Source: Tubiluchus corallicola (Eukaryota; Animalia; Priapulida). Taken from it: a stretch of 64,000 nt of DNA. Below the pieces are notes generated by a model. That model searched no databases. It saw only the letters and a list, made by a program, of their open reading frames with translations, and was not told the DNA's origin. The position numbers and the translations under genes are program-made. This document shows, piece after piece, positions 15,001 through 35,935 of the stretch (the first letter of the stretch is position 1; each line of letters opens with the position of its first letter). The stretch spans positions 310,001 to 374,000 of the forward strand of contig JAQGDQ010000123.1 in the NCBI GenBank assembly GCA_030141605.1, read 5' to 3'.

Positions 15001-18000
15001 CATTATTATTATTGCTCCATTAGTGTCTTGAATATATGATCACTTTATGAATGGAAAACTTTAAAAAGCACTGTGTAAAACAAATTTGTATTTCTTGGTA
15101 TTAAACAATTTTTGACATGAGAACGATAAAAAATTTTATATTGTTTGAAAATTGCAATGTGTCATTTTCTGTTGCAAAATATTGCTTTGGCAAGCAGTAA
15201 TTCGTATTATTAACATTCCCTTATTATTTTGCTACAGATACACTGATGAAAACCTTTTTTCTGATTCATTTCCGTATCGGGCAAAAGCTCTTTTTGCTTT
15301 TGAAGAGATTGATGGAACCGAGGTGTGTTTCTTCGGAATGCACGTACAAGAGTATGGGCCAGATGCTCCACAGCCTAACACACGGTAAAAAAAACTTGAA
15401 CATTTTTGTTAAGCGATGTGAAGAAACATATTGTGTAATATATTGTGTGCACTGTATACTGCAACTTTTATTTTGTACTGACAATATATTGAAGTTGCAT
15501 CTCCTAACTAAGTTTTTATTTTTCATAGGCGTGTCTATATATCATATTTAGACAGTGTGCATTTCTTCCGACCAAGGGAATATAGAACAGCCGTGTACCA
15601 TGAAATTTTAATTGGCTACATTGAATTCGTTCGGAAGCTCGGGTATGTTTGTTATATTGTTTATTTTTCTCGGTAAATCCGTACATAGATTAATTGGTTG
15701 GAGAATGAAAATCTGAATTTGTATCAAACTTTGGCAGATACCTATGGGCACACATTTGGGCATGTCCACCAAGCGAAGGCGATGATTACATCTTTCATTG
15801 CCATCCACCTGAGCAGAAGATTCCCAAACCAAAACGTCTACAAGAATGGTATAAGAAGATGTTAGACAAATGCAAAGAAGAGCAAGTCATAATTGATTTT
15901 ATGGTAATTACCTTAATGATGATAGTAATACTTGAATGTGTATATCTAAATGCCGCTTATGTTGTTACTGAAAGCCATCATTACATTAACGTCCGTTACT
16001 TCGCTTGCAGTTAATACCATTATAAATGTATTTTTTAAACTGATGATACCAGTGACACACTAAATACATTTATAACTTATAGGATATCTACAGTGATTGT
16101 CAACAAAACAACATGACCACCGCCACCGATTTGCCCTACTTCGAGGGTGACTTCTGGCCCAATGTGCTCGAAGAGAGCATTAAGGAGCTAGATCAGGAGG
16201 AGGAAGAGAAACGGCGACGCGAGGAGGCAGAAGCGCTGGAAGCTGCTGCCACTGCTGCTCAGGTGATGGAAAACAATGGGGAATCAAATGATGGCATCGA
16301 TATGATGGAGGTAAGGCAGTCAGTTTAAATATTGGTGTCTATATAGTTGTGTTCGAATTCTGCATATTGAAAATTTTGCATATAACTTGTCTGATACATA
16401 TAACATGTGTTCAATATGTATTCTGAATTTTAGCCTCTGAATCCCAATGGCAAGAAGAAAGGCAAGGGCTCAAAGAAGAAGTCAAGTAAATCTAAATCCA
16501 GTCAAAGGAAATCTAGTAAGAAGAGTCTAAGCACAGTTGGATGTGACCTGTCCCAGAAGGTTTCCAGTGTAATGCTCAAACATAAGGAGGTAAAACACTA
16601 CATGTAAATGCATGAAAATGGGAAATCTCACATTTGGTTTTAAAAAATTTTGGAAGCTTTATCAATTTTGTGTGTGCATTTGTTTTTGAAGTTAGATTTT
16701 GAAACTAAATATGTATAACTACCTAATTTTTGTGCCAAACATTATTCAGCCACAAGAATTTTTTATATTATTCAAAATTTCTTCTCGCTTTATAGGTGTT
16801 CTTCGTTATTCGGTTGCAACCATTAGACTGGGATCCTAGCCCCATAGTTGACCCTGATCCTTTAATTTCGTGTGATCTGATGGATGGTCGTGATGCCTTT
16901 CTCACCGTTGCTCGTGAGAAACATCTAGAATTTTCGTCTCTTCGCCGTGCCAAATATTCAACAATAGCAATGTTGTACGAGTTGCATACTCAGGGGCAGG
17001 ATCGTTTTGTTTACACATGTAACAGCTGCCGAGTGTCATGTGAAACGCGTTACCACTGTGTTGTATGCGAGGTAATAATGTTTGCACTGCACATTGTTTG
17101 TTTTCTTGTGTTTATTATTTTTTCGGCTGTTTGCAAATGAACCAAATGTGGTCTGACTCACTGAGTCAACTAAAACCTGACAGTTATCCGTACTTTTAAT
17201 ATTCATGGGTGATTTAGAGTGTCATACATTGGGGATGTTTATCTATACATACGTTTTTAATTTAGGCGTTATTGTGTGTTTATTACAGGACTTTGACTTG
17301 TGTGTACAGTGTTACCGAACTTCAGGACATGAGCACAAAATGGAAAGACTTGGGCTGGATTTAGATGATGGTCAGAATGCAAGTGGTGACAAAGCCAATG
17401 GTCAAGACTCACGCTATCAATCAATCATGCGTTGTATTGAGTCACTGGTGCACGCTTGTCAATGTCGGGACGCCAACTGTCGCAATACTAGCTGCAAGAA
17501 GATGAGACGAGTTGTGACGCATACTAATTCGTGTAAAAAGAAGGCTACCGGTGCTTGTAATATATGTAAACAGTTGATTGCCTTGTGTTATTATCATGCT
17601 AAATTATGTAGAGTAGAAAGATGTCCTGTGCTCTTCTGCCCTAATATCAAGATAAAATTAAGACTACAGCAGCAACAGCAAAGAATGCAGCAGGTAATGT
17701 ACTTAAAATTAAATAGCGGTAGAAAGTATTTTTAATGACGAAAATAATGAAATGTACAATTGACAGTAAAGGCAAAGCGTTATTCATATTTGTGATATAT
17801 TTACACAGCAGTGAACAGTTTTGTAGTATAGCAGTAATGTGTCTCAAAAACTTATATTCTACTCCACAATATGTTTAGAATGAATAAATATAATAAATGA
17901 GAATAGAGCAAGAATTGTGATAATCGTCTTTGGTAACTGATGTTGAAAACTTCCGACTTTAGTGTACATTTGAGAAAGTGTGTGATTTAAAATTTATGCC

Positions 18001-20273
18001 TTGATATTTGGTATGCATTGCTTATACTCAAATGTTTTTCTATTGTACTATGCTTTACAAATTCGCCTTATTCCATCACTGTTGGCATATAACACAGCTT
18101 TGTGCTACATTTATTAGATTTGAACTTTGTGTATGACTAACTCACTTGTAACAATGCTACCACATTGTTGGTTTTATTAATACTTTGAGTGATTTTTTTT
18201 ACATTTTTGTCTTCAGGAGCAACTGATGCGTCGACGGATGGCTATTATGACAAGACAGATCAGTAATAATTCGAACGACAGTGCTTCTTCCACCCCGCAG
18301 CCTTCAACGCCACAGTCGTCTCGCACTCCTGTTAATGCGCTACCACCGCACTACCAAAACAGTGCCGCAATGAAACCAGAAATGAATGGCAAACCTGGAA
18401 CACCACCAGTTGGTGCCCTTCATGCTGCCGAGCAGGTACATTTTATCAACTATTTCATGAGACTAATGTAAATAATTATCTAGTGTTTTTTATTTGTATT
18501 GTGCACATTTGGTTTTTATTACCAGAATTGGTGATTTTATAACACAATTTTGAAGATTAAAATTTCCAAATGAAATCCTTTATGAAGCACTGAGAAAACT
18601 CACCTAATTCATTGTCATCAACTAAGCAATAAACTGTAGGTACAAGTTCAATGGAAACTTATATAAAGATAGATAATACTGCAAAAGACTAATAAATCAA
18701 TTTATTTATAATATATTATAAATATTATAATAACGTTTATTATAACATTAGATTCGACAACAAGCAGCGAGACAATACATTTCTCCTATGGGCAGTTATG
18801 GGAAAGGCGGTAGCATGGCTGATGGACCTGCGGCTTCAGTACCAGTGTCACAAGAAATGATGCGTCCACTACAACCGGGCTTTATTAATCAACAGACTGG
18901 CATGCAACAGTCTAGTCCTTTGCGTGGCCAACTTCCTGGCATGCAGTTGTGTGTTCCATCCCAGGTGAAAACATTATAGTTACTATATATTTTTTAAATT
19001 AATGCATTTAAGAAAATAACATTTTATCATCATAATAAAAGATGTGTCTGAACCATATAATTACTTGCAGCATCCACAACGAATGGGACAGCCTCCTGTC
19101 ATGATTAATAATCAAGATGTAGTGAATATGCAGCAGCATCAGATGCAAGGTTCACAACAAGCATTACAGCAACTGTTGACAACGCTAAAGTCACCGTCTT
19201 CAAATCAGCAGGAAGAAGTGCTGAGCATTTTAAAGTCAAATCCTGAGCTAATGGCTCAGTGCATCAAGAAGAGCAAAACAGCACAGAAAGAACAAGAGCT
19301 TGCGCAGCAAACACAACAGCAGTTTTATCAAAAATTTCAGCGTCAGTTGTCGGACGGGCATTCGGCACAGATGTGCGGGCAGCCACCAACAGTAAGCATG
19401 AATTCGATGTCTATGGGTGGAAACCCATCAGGTGGTAAACCTGTAGCCATGAATCAGATGAGTATGGGTGGAAATCCAATGACTGTTGGCTGTAACACAG
19501 GTCAGATGGGCAGCATGCCAACCATGCTAAGTGGCAATCATATGAGCATTGCATCGAGTCAGCACAGTTTGATATGTAAACCAATGATGTGTGCAAGCGA
19601 TAAACCATCACAATTAATGAGTAACAACAACCCACATATGATGTCGTTGAATGCTCATCAGACGCTTGGAACACGTGCGAGCATGAACGGAAATCAAATG
19701 GGAGGTAAACCGGGGCAAATGTTAAATCTCCGAGGTAGTTCTACTTTGGATGCACAAAATCAGCAACAACTTGCACATCAGCAGTGGTTAAAACAGCAGC
19801 AACAGCAGCATATGATGATGAATATGCCCCGTCAAAGAGTGCCAGCTTCCCATCAATTTCACCAGCCTCCAGCACCTCCGTATCCACAAGGAGGGCGACA
19901 GATGCATCAGCGAGCGGTAAATCCCCATTTATTAGCGCATGGACAGCCGCCACATCCAAGCCCTTCATCACAGCAGCTGATGCACCAAGTTTGCTCGCCA
20001 CCTCCTAATCACACGCCCCCTGTGGCATCACCTCGCCAGCGACCAATGATGACACCATCTCCACGGCAACAACTCTCTCAGTCACCTCATTTACCGACAC
20101 ATTCTCCTCATCCGGGTTTGATGGGTGCGGAGCAACAAATAGGTGGTGAAACGGTGCCTCTTCCTCAATCACAACAAAACCCTAGTGAGCAACTAGGAGT
20201 ACCACCTGCATATGACAATTCGTCGCTTGCGATGCAGGATCAGTTATCACAGTTTGTAGTGGACCACTTGTAG
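23..20273 (+). CDS. CREBBP: CREB-binding protein / p300 histone acetyltransferase (5' end outside window)
   Basis: Phase-consistent exons: 23-173, 696-912, 1788-2030, 2218-2418, 2660-2987, 3419-3536, 3773-3911, 6692-6942, 7197-7292, 7418-7606, 7818-8118, 9357-9472, 10752-10922, 11193-11350, 12989(or 12959)-13069, 13784-13918, 14218-14285, 14692-14839, 15238-15384, 15529-15642, 15738-15903, 16083-16310, 16434-16589, 16796-17071, 17289-17693, 18217-18435, 18752-18964, 19071-20273. Domains in order: TAZ1 ([21 protein letters not shown]), KIX ([18 protein letters not shown]), bromodomain ([17 protein letters not shown]...[11 protein letters not shown]), RING/PHD, HAT ([50 protein letters not shown]), ZZ, TAZ2, NCBD ([14 protein letters not shown]...[10 protein letters not shown]). 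Co-ortholog of CREBBP/EP300. Confidence 0.97.
4204..4508 (+). mobile_element. Truncated pogo/Tigger element, 5' end (CBP intron)
   Basis: Tigger-like terminus (tacataggaacctcgactta) followed by ATG 4416, [30 protein letters not shown], which resembles the CENP-B-type N-terminus of Tigger/TIGD transposases. The similarity then ends. Confidence 0.7.
8236..8658. mobile_element. MITE with CAGGGTTCCCAC termini
   Basis: Perfect 12-bp TIR CAGGGTTCCCAC...GTGGGAACCCTG and repeated internal GTCAGGGAAA motifs. TSD not resolved. Confidence 0.75.
8795..9290 (-). mobile_element. Degenerate 3' fragment of an RTE-clade LINE
   Basis: Minus-strand translation with frameshifts gives [20 protein letters not shown] (9170-9142), CLRRIL and [12 protein letters not shown] (about 8970-8935), typical of the RTE ORF C-terminus. 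Confidence 0.75.
9659..10382 (+). mobile_element. pogo/Tigger-type MITE with TA target duplication
   Basis: 26-bp TIRs (CAGTGGATTCTCGTTACAAGAATCAC, 24/26 match) flanked by TA on both sides. Internal 48-aa mini-ORF at 9917-10063. Confidence 0.9.
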
Positions 20274-23200
20274 CTTTGGCTTTAGTACGTTTTGTACAGA
20301 AATTGTGAATAGTAATTAATAATAATAATGTTGTTATTTGTTGTTGTTGTTATTATTATTATTGTGAGATAATATAACGAGAACTAATAATTATGTTGAT
20401 TATAATATTGTGCATTTGTTTTTCTTGGGCATTTTTTTTTGAAATTGGCATTTTATTATGGTCTGAATATTTTATTTTGTAAGATTCGAAACATTGCCTG
20501 ACCCTTTTGTGTCTGAAGTATTTAAATTAAAGAGGGTCTAAAATTTTGTATAAACGTCTAAAATGAAACGTGAATATGCTGTAAATTATAACTAAAATGT
20601 ACAAAGAACATGATTACAGAGTAGGTAGGTTTGTTGTTACCAATCTAATATATTTTCCATTTCATTAAACTGTAATTTTATAGATAGCTAGTTTATCAAG
20701 ATAGCATTTATATCATAGTGGACTTAGCACCATCTAAGTTAGGGCAAATTTTATGTAAATACCTTATTTAGCTAACTTGATTTACAGTACCGCTAGATCG
20801 TAGACAATCGTGACATTACGTTATCTAGCTAAAAGTGATTGAGACGGTTACATGTTTACTATATTGTTATTTTGGTGAATCTGTTTGTACGTAATTTATT
20901 GGTAAATAAAGGAAGGCCGCACCGGTAAAGTATTCCTGTAAAAAATTATGCCAAAACTGTATACAAATCGGGTAATTGCATAGTTTTGTGTTGTGATTTT
21001 TATTTAGTTTATTGTTCATTAGCATTATATTTTAGCCGTGATTTAGTTCAATGTCTTGTTCTTTTCAGTGATGCTAAGACCCCCACGGACAAACTAAGAT
21101 GTTATTAATGCAGTTCGTTACTGTGTCATTAACTTTAATAATGATATGTTTATCAAATGCTCAAGTCCAAAAGTAAGATTGGGGAGTAATCTGTCTTCTT
21201 TATCAGAACTTGTCACCAAAATATTGCATTTTATTCTGTAAAACCAAATCGTGGCTAAAAAAATTTGATTAAAATTTTGAAGAAACGTCTGTAATTTAAC
21301 AATAACTGACAAAAACTTTGTTAAGGGCGTTATGGAATTGTAGCATTGAAGAGGAGAAATTTAGCATTGGAAATGGATTGTGCTGATTTTCATTTTCAGA
21401 TTAAGCAAATTTTACTCAGAAATTCGTTCCAGTTATTTAGTGATATTAGTGCTTTATAAAAACCATATCATTGTCAACTGTTTGATAGGCGGCTTCATCA
21501 AAACATAGAATATTATGATTTCTAAATACTAAAATTGTAAATGATATCTTCATTTAGTGTTAAACACTTGTTACTGTATCTTTAAAATCTGTTGATTAGT
21601 GATTACCACTGTCTTGTATTAAAATAACTGTCAGAGCACACAGACACAAATTGTTTATCGCCAACTTGTTTATTATGCATTAAAATGCCTGTTGTCTATA
21701 AAATAAAATGTGTGCACTTTTATAGATTTTACCTGCTGTGTTTTTGTGTTTAATTAGCCTTTGTTGATTCACTTTTCTGGATCTACAATGTTGAGAAATA
21801 ATAATTAGGCTCTGCAAAGCATGGGAAATGAAAATTGCACGTTGAACAGCTGTGATCAGCATAAACACTGCAGTTATCATCTTGATCGTAGTCACCGTCA
21901 TCTTTTTAATCGTTGTTATTATCAATAATGCTTTGACAGACAACAGTAAAAAGATGGAGTGTACATCAATTAAGAATACAATACAGTAATTGCATTCATC
22001 ATTATCATTGTCATCGCCACTTTCATTGTCATTTATTTTTGTTATTAAGTTTCTGTTGAGCATACTGTCAAATGATATGAGTATATAGTTAGTACGGATT
22101 CATTCCCTTCTACACACAAAACTGCAGAAAATATTCAAAAATAGGGTCTCTTTCACTACTGAAGACGGCACAGTGCCGCCTATGTTTTCCTTGTAAAGGA
22201 CGGAAGGCGGCAGAGTGCCGCCCTAGGTCAGCACTAAGCGCAGTTACCCATGATTTCGCAGCTACGGCTATGCAAAAACATTGTAGAAAAGTTTAACAGC
22301 CGAGAGATTGTGGTTGCGTCGCAACAAGTAAGGCTAACTAGCCAATCAGCATCTGAAGCCAGGTGCATTCCAAATACTGTGTAGAACGTTTTCATGCAAA
22401 ATTTCATGACAGTCACTTGTTCTGCATACTGATAAAATAATTGCGTATTATGGATTACTAATATGAACTTTTGTGTAAATTGGCTTCTAAATTTAAATAT
22501 GTGCTTATTTGTGTGGGTGTGCGCGTGAGTGCATGCATGAGGGCATATATGTGTACCCATGCGTATAAATAAAACTAGTATTCAGAATTAATGTTTAATA
22601 ACAAATGGCTATTTATTTATTTACAAGATTCTGTTTTAGTAACACACCACAAGAAGTACAAAAGCCAATGCGGCCCAGTTAAAAGCAACTACGTAGTGAA
22701 AGTGTTAAGAGGAAACAAGGCGGAAGGTTGATATAATTTTATGAAGCGTGAAAATAGTATATTAGGCATGTCCAAATTTGTAAAATGTTTCACCTCAAGT
22801 ATAATATCAGCATTGCTATGTAGATTACTGTAATACATCAATGGGTATACTGGGTAAGAAAAAATAGTCAGCATTGCCATATATTGTAATTTTTGGTGAA
22901 TAACCAAAAAAGCTGTCAAAGTAATTTTTTTGTTTAAAAACTTTATTTGCAGATTATATCTTTGAATTACTGTTTCACACTATGCACATCAAAACAATTC
23001 AATTCAGACTGGATTTTTTCAACATTTGTACACGCTGATATCAACCAAATTTACAAACAACAATGCAATGCAATGCTAAATTTTCGTGTTTTGCCAAACA
23101 TTTATGATAGTGAAATAATTGGACACTTGCAGTTGCACTAGAATTTTGACGACGCAAATATCATCAATGTAAGAAAATGTGGGAAAATCAGTGTCGTGTG

Positions 23201-23713
23201 CCTACAAACATTCTATCCGAAAACTATTCAATTTGTAAATAATGAGTTTCTGTTACTTTGTATTATGATAAAACATGATGCCAAAGATCTGTTAAAAATT
23301 AAAACGAGCATTTTTAATAAACTTACCATTGTAAAAAATAGCAAGTTACTGATTTAATACAAACAAATTACATTAATTTCTGTGCTACTGATGCAAACTG
23401 GTATCGTAAGCTTCTGATGTTGCGGTAGCTTGTTAGGCATGAACTCTAATTATTTAAATTGCAAATCTTCCTTCCTACTAACACATCTTTCAAACAAATT
23501 AGAGCACTGCTAGCCAATAATACTGTATTTTAAAAATTTCAAAAACACCCTCTTTTAACCTGCCAAGGTCATTTGATCAGTAAACCTACTATGACTTTTT
23601 GATAAGATATGTGTTAGTATTAAACAATTCACAAACTAAAAACGAATAGTAACGGATCTTTAATTATTATATTAATGCAATAACTGCCAAAGACAAATGA
23701 ATGTATGGACATA

Positions 23714-24280
23714 CAATAACCTATGTATAACTTGAACACCTCCGCACCGGAAAATTTGTTCAAGTTATGTGAACGTTTAGACGATGTTCATCAGGAAACA
23801 AGATTAAGTCAATAAAGAATATCGGACAATACACTAGTAACACAACAACCAGTGAAAATGATAAACTGAGCCTTTGATCAAGTAACAAACAATAATTTTA
23901 TGAATAACCAAAAATACAATGACTGGTCCACTCTACTGTAGCCTGATTAACATGGTTGATAAAATTCGGCAATAATAATGTTGTGACCTACATTAAATCA
24001 CGTTCGTTAAGTAAGGTAATACAAGAAATCTTTGCAGTATTTTTGCTGAAACTAACAGTTAAAATCATAATGTGGCAGTAAGTCTACATTTTCACGTAGA
24101 ATTTCTCGCTTGGGAGGCTGTTCAAGACAGGCGAGGTAATTTCAATCAAATTCTTAAGAATTGTACCGGGAATTTGGTTCAAATTACGCAATGCTTGTTT
24201 AAGGGAAAAACAAAAGAGAAAATCCGTTCCAGGAGATCTGTTTGAGATACGGAAGAATTCGAGTTATACGTACTTTACTG
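23714..24280. mobile_element. Degenerate Tigger-like MITE
   Basis: The right end reverse-complements to TA-CAGTAAAGTACGTATAACTCG; the left end TA-CAATAACCTATGTATAACTTG is a degenerate match. Confidence 0.45.
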
Positions 24281-24599
24281 TATCATTAAGCTAGTTTCTA
24301 TTAACAGATGCTATTAACAGGAAATTTACAACCAGTTGCTGCTATCCATAGCAAACTGCTGTCATTGGTGATCAGCAACAGTTCACAGAAAGAAGTAAAA
24401 CTGTTTTATTCCACGATAAACTTAAACAGCAAACAATTCCACGTTATAAGAAAAAACTCAATCACATGTTACCTACTACCACAGCACATATCACAAAAAA
24501 GCATAACAATCGCATCCCCGCTCCGCATTAAAAACAAACATGGGTCGTAAATATCTTGAGGATTTGGTCGAAAATACTGACGTCATTGTAAAAACGCTC

Positions 24600-32083
<7,484 letters not shown>

Positions 32084-32519
32084 CTTTCTATGAGTATTGC
32101 TTGTTATGAAATTCGCGTTTTCCGCGAAAGTTAACGCTGTAGAGAAGGAATGTGCTGCCATCTACCAACCACTTTTGCAAAGAAATTTCACGCACGTTAG
32201 AAGAAGCCAGAGTTTACTCAGCCGTGAAAATTTAGTAAGAATCTTTGATTCAGTAACGGTAAAAGAGGCTGATAATCTCCGAAGGATGACAATCTCTTCT
32301 CTTCAGCAAATCAATTGTTTCCATCGTACCATTCTAAGAGAAATTGGAATGTTTTCAAAGGGTCTTCATTATTACTGATTTTTGTAGAAAAAAAAAGATA
32401 AATTCGCGACAATCTCTTATAAACGCATAACAACTGTAATTTTCTCATTTTTGAAATAATTGGTAGCTTCTGCGTTTTCCCCGTAAAGTACTAAAAACAT
32501 AATACACCAAGTTACAACT

Positions 32520-32772
<253 letters not shown>

Positions 32773-33806
32773 TAGCTGTCTCTATGACCTAACCTTCTTT
32801 ACCTATTGCTCTATAAATTCTTTACCCATCAGATTTTCGGGGATATACTTTATTCGAAGCTGTTAACTATGTCATATATTCAGTTTATCTGTCATTTGTA
32901 AAGCTAACTATTCCAGCAAGCGATATCCATATGAATTTTTTAAATGAACTGATAAAGTAGCATCGTAGTAAAACGAGGAAAACAACTGCATGAGTTGCCA
33001 CAGTGCGTGCTTGGTTGTAAACTTAAGCAGTGCTGGGTCTATTTAGTAAACAAATTTAACTGGTAGCCATCTAAAAATTGTCTGCTACTTTATCTGTGAT
33101 GCCGATGTGATAGCATTGCTTCTGAGTGTGGGACTTGGCTTGCATGATAAAAACACGTGCAAAACAACAGAGACTGAAAACTATAGCGTGACATAGGTAA
33201 ACAGTTTATTGCCCAACATTACATATCTATGAGTTTTATATACATAAATTACAAAATCATTACTGAACATGATAGCTGTCAGCAAAATTTAGCAGCAAAA
33301 CTACTTGTCCTGAGACACTCGTACATACTAAGCTTAAATAATCCATTAACTTTTAAGTTTTTAATTTCATTTTATACTTTGTCTTTGAGGTTAGACACCA
33401 TGAGTTTTCGTGTTATATATAGGCCCTAGTCACGAAATAGGCTTAAAAGACGTGCATCTGCGAATTTAAATAAATATGAGTAATTCATTAAACGCTGTAT
33501 TTCTGAATCATACAAATGAATTACAAATAAATAAGGAAGTATTAATATAATTTAATATAATTACGTGTACATTGTTAAAAACTATAGGGACATATCAAAA
33601 TACGATAAGACAATGCATTAGACGTGCTCAGTCATATAAATATATTATTATAGTCCTTATAATATATATGCTACATATGGATATAAGCAAAAAAGAAACA
33701 AAACAAACCAAAAAACGAGAATAACATTTATTAACAAAATCACTGGGATAATTAGGTAGCCAATACTTTGATTAAGGTACTTACACGTGCTATCAAAAAA
33801 CAACAA

Positions 33807-35758
33807 TCAGGCCGAAACTATTTCATTTTTGTTTATTTTATCATAAACATTTTGAACAAAAGTCATATAGCTCATGAGATTTCTCATCATTTGATACGTT
33901 CGAAAATCAAATTCTGATGGGTTGACCGGACTCTTGGGAGTAACATCAGCGTCAAACTTCTGCACTACTTGCCCCGTAATGGCTTCCGAGGTGAAAAATA
34001 CCAAGGCGATCAAATTCCTAATCTCATCTACGACGTAGACTAGAGAATAATCAAACCCCTCATAAGACTCAGCCGCTTCAGTCACAAATTCCAAGATGTT
34101 TGTGGTGTTTTTATAAACGAGATCCACCACTTCGAAAGCCTATAAATAAAAATTCATTTAGTTTAGGTATTCTTGTAAAACTTAGTGATACGCGCAGATT
34201 ATGGCCTGTGATTACATTGCTAAAATAATTAATTTTGAAATAATTTTAAAACTTAAAAAAATTAAAAGAAATAACTTCTATTTTTATATTTTCTATGTTT
34301 TCTTAGTTTAAGCTTTTTTGAACTTGCCCTATTTTGTTTGATGAATATGAGTATATGTATACTACAAAACAACTAACAAAAAGCCGTAGTTGGCTAAAGG
34401 TAAGCACATATGTAGGCATTTTTAAATACAGTATTGAGATAACCGCCGTCGATACGAATATTTTTCGCGCCAATAAGAACAAACAAGCCTACATTTCTAG
34501 CCAATGCAGTCTATCGAAAATATTAATTTTGTACATTAATCAATCAACATACGCTCCAGTTTGAATCAATGTCTGGCGGAGATGGAAATCCTTCGTCGGC
34601 GATCAGTCCTGGGTACAAATCATATCCTGGATGAGATTCAAATCCCAACTGAAAAAATGATTTTTAATTATACACAGACAACCCAGAGTTAATTTTGTCG
34701 CTCCTCTTGCGAGAGATAGCTCTCTACACATCAGTGTAGTTGCAATCTGAAACTTAATTTTGACCTGTTATTGTTCTCGCGTGATTGCTGTGACAGATAT
34801 TGTCATTGATCACGCCGCTTTTCAGACTTTCTAGTCACAAAACGATGAACGTGCACAAGTGTTTCAAACGTAAGAAAACCACAAGTTCTAATGCCCAAAT
34901 TTAACTTGTAGATAGGCCTACTCAATTTCTAACCTTTAGACATCACAGTGAAAGTTTAGCAGTTAAAATAAATATGGACTATGGATGGTAGGCGTATTCT
35001 GTATATATAATATTGATACAATTTGTTACTTTTGTTTTCGTGCGTTATAGTTTTTTGAGTTATAGACGTTGAGCTTATGTGTATGCAACATTATGTATGC
35101 TCGCTTACTTCTGCGACTGTTTTTGATGTTTGTATTTTTAACTTGTGTGAGTTGCCATTTATTGTCCTGCGTCGCTATTTAACGTGGAAAAAGGTCACAC
35201 CTTCATTGCTGACATAATGGTATTCTAGATTTCAGTAATAATTGTACTTCATATATCTGTCTAACAATCTGCCTTACTGTCTAAGACTATAGAATGATTT
35301 ATGTATGATCTAATATGTGACTATATATGGTCGATAAAGTATAAAGTAAAATATATACAAAATATGTGTACCTTTGGCAGAATTTCGTTCGAGACTTCTT
35401 CAGCTTTGAACCGAACAGCTTGAGCCCGCATGATCACAGTTTCACACTGGGTTAGTTTCTTGACTGTCGCAGGCATTTTGAAATGATGAGTCACGTGGTT
35501 ATGCCAATGATTACAGTCCGGCACCTTCTCGTCATTTTTTAGCATGAAAACTGTCAACAATACCACCAAGACGGTAGAGATGTTAAAGTCGAATTTAAAC
35601 AAATTTTTAAAGGTTTTAAATCCATTTCTCGATATTTTCTTCAGCCTCACAATAAAGCGCATCATTTTCGTGTCTTTCGTTGTAGTTGGCTCTTCCATTT
35701 CAACTGTTACAACACTGCCACGAGCAACTTGTTCTTCTGCAGTTTTATCCCCCGACAT
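33807..35758 (-). CDS. Uncharacterised 271-aa protein with N-terminal hydrophobic anchor; candidate four-helix class-I cytokine
   Basis: Exons 35758-35372 (AAG|gtacac), 34648-34553 (tttcag|...AGC|gtatgt) and 34139-33807 (ttatag|...TGA) join in frame with phase-0 introns. The middle exon is absent from the ORF track. Hydrophobic segment ISTVLVVLLTVFML follows a basic stretch; sequons NWS and NTT lie C-terminal to it. The gene model is well supported; the product identity is inference. Confidence 0.8.
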
Positions 35759-35899
35759 GTTTCTTGTTTCTCATATTCAAACGGAACCTTTGTCAAATTA
35801 AAAATTATTAAACCTGGTCAAAAAATAACTATAGACGTTGATACTTGCACTGATATTATCGACAACATTATAGTCACAAAGAAATCAGAATGACGAAAT

Positions 35900-35935
35900 A
35901 ATGATGCAACCTCAGCGCAAAGACTGGCTTATATA
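35900..35935 (-). promoter_or_regulatory. TATA box plus initiator of the orphan gene
   Basis: Minus-strand TATATAA at 35935-35929 and TCATT (Inr-like) at 35904-35900, about 30 nt apart and about 145 nt upstream of the ATG. Confidence 0.55.

Noticed and set aside
35544-35801. Plus-strand 85-aa ORF
   Set aside because: Antisense to exon 1 of the orphan gene, whose strand carries the splice and promoter signals.
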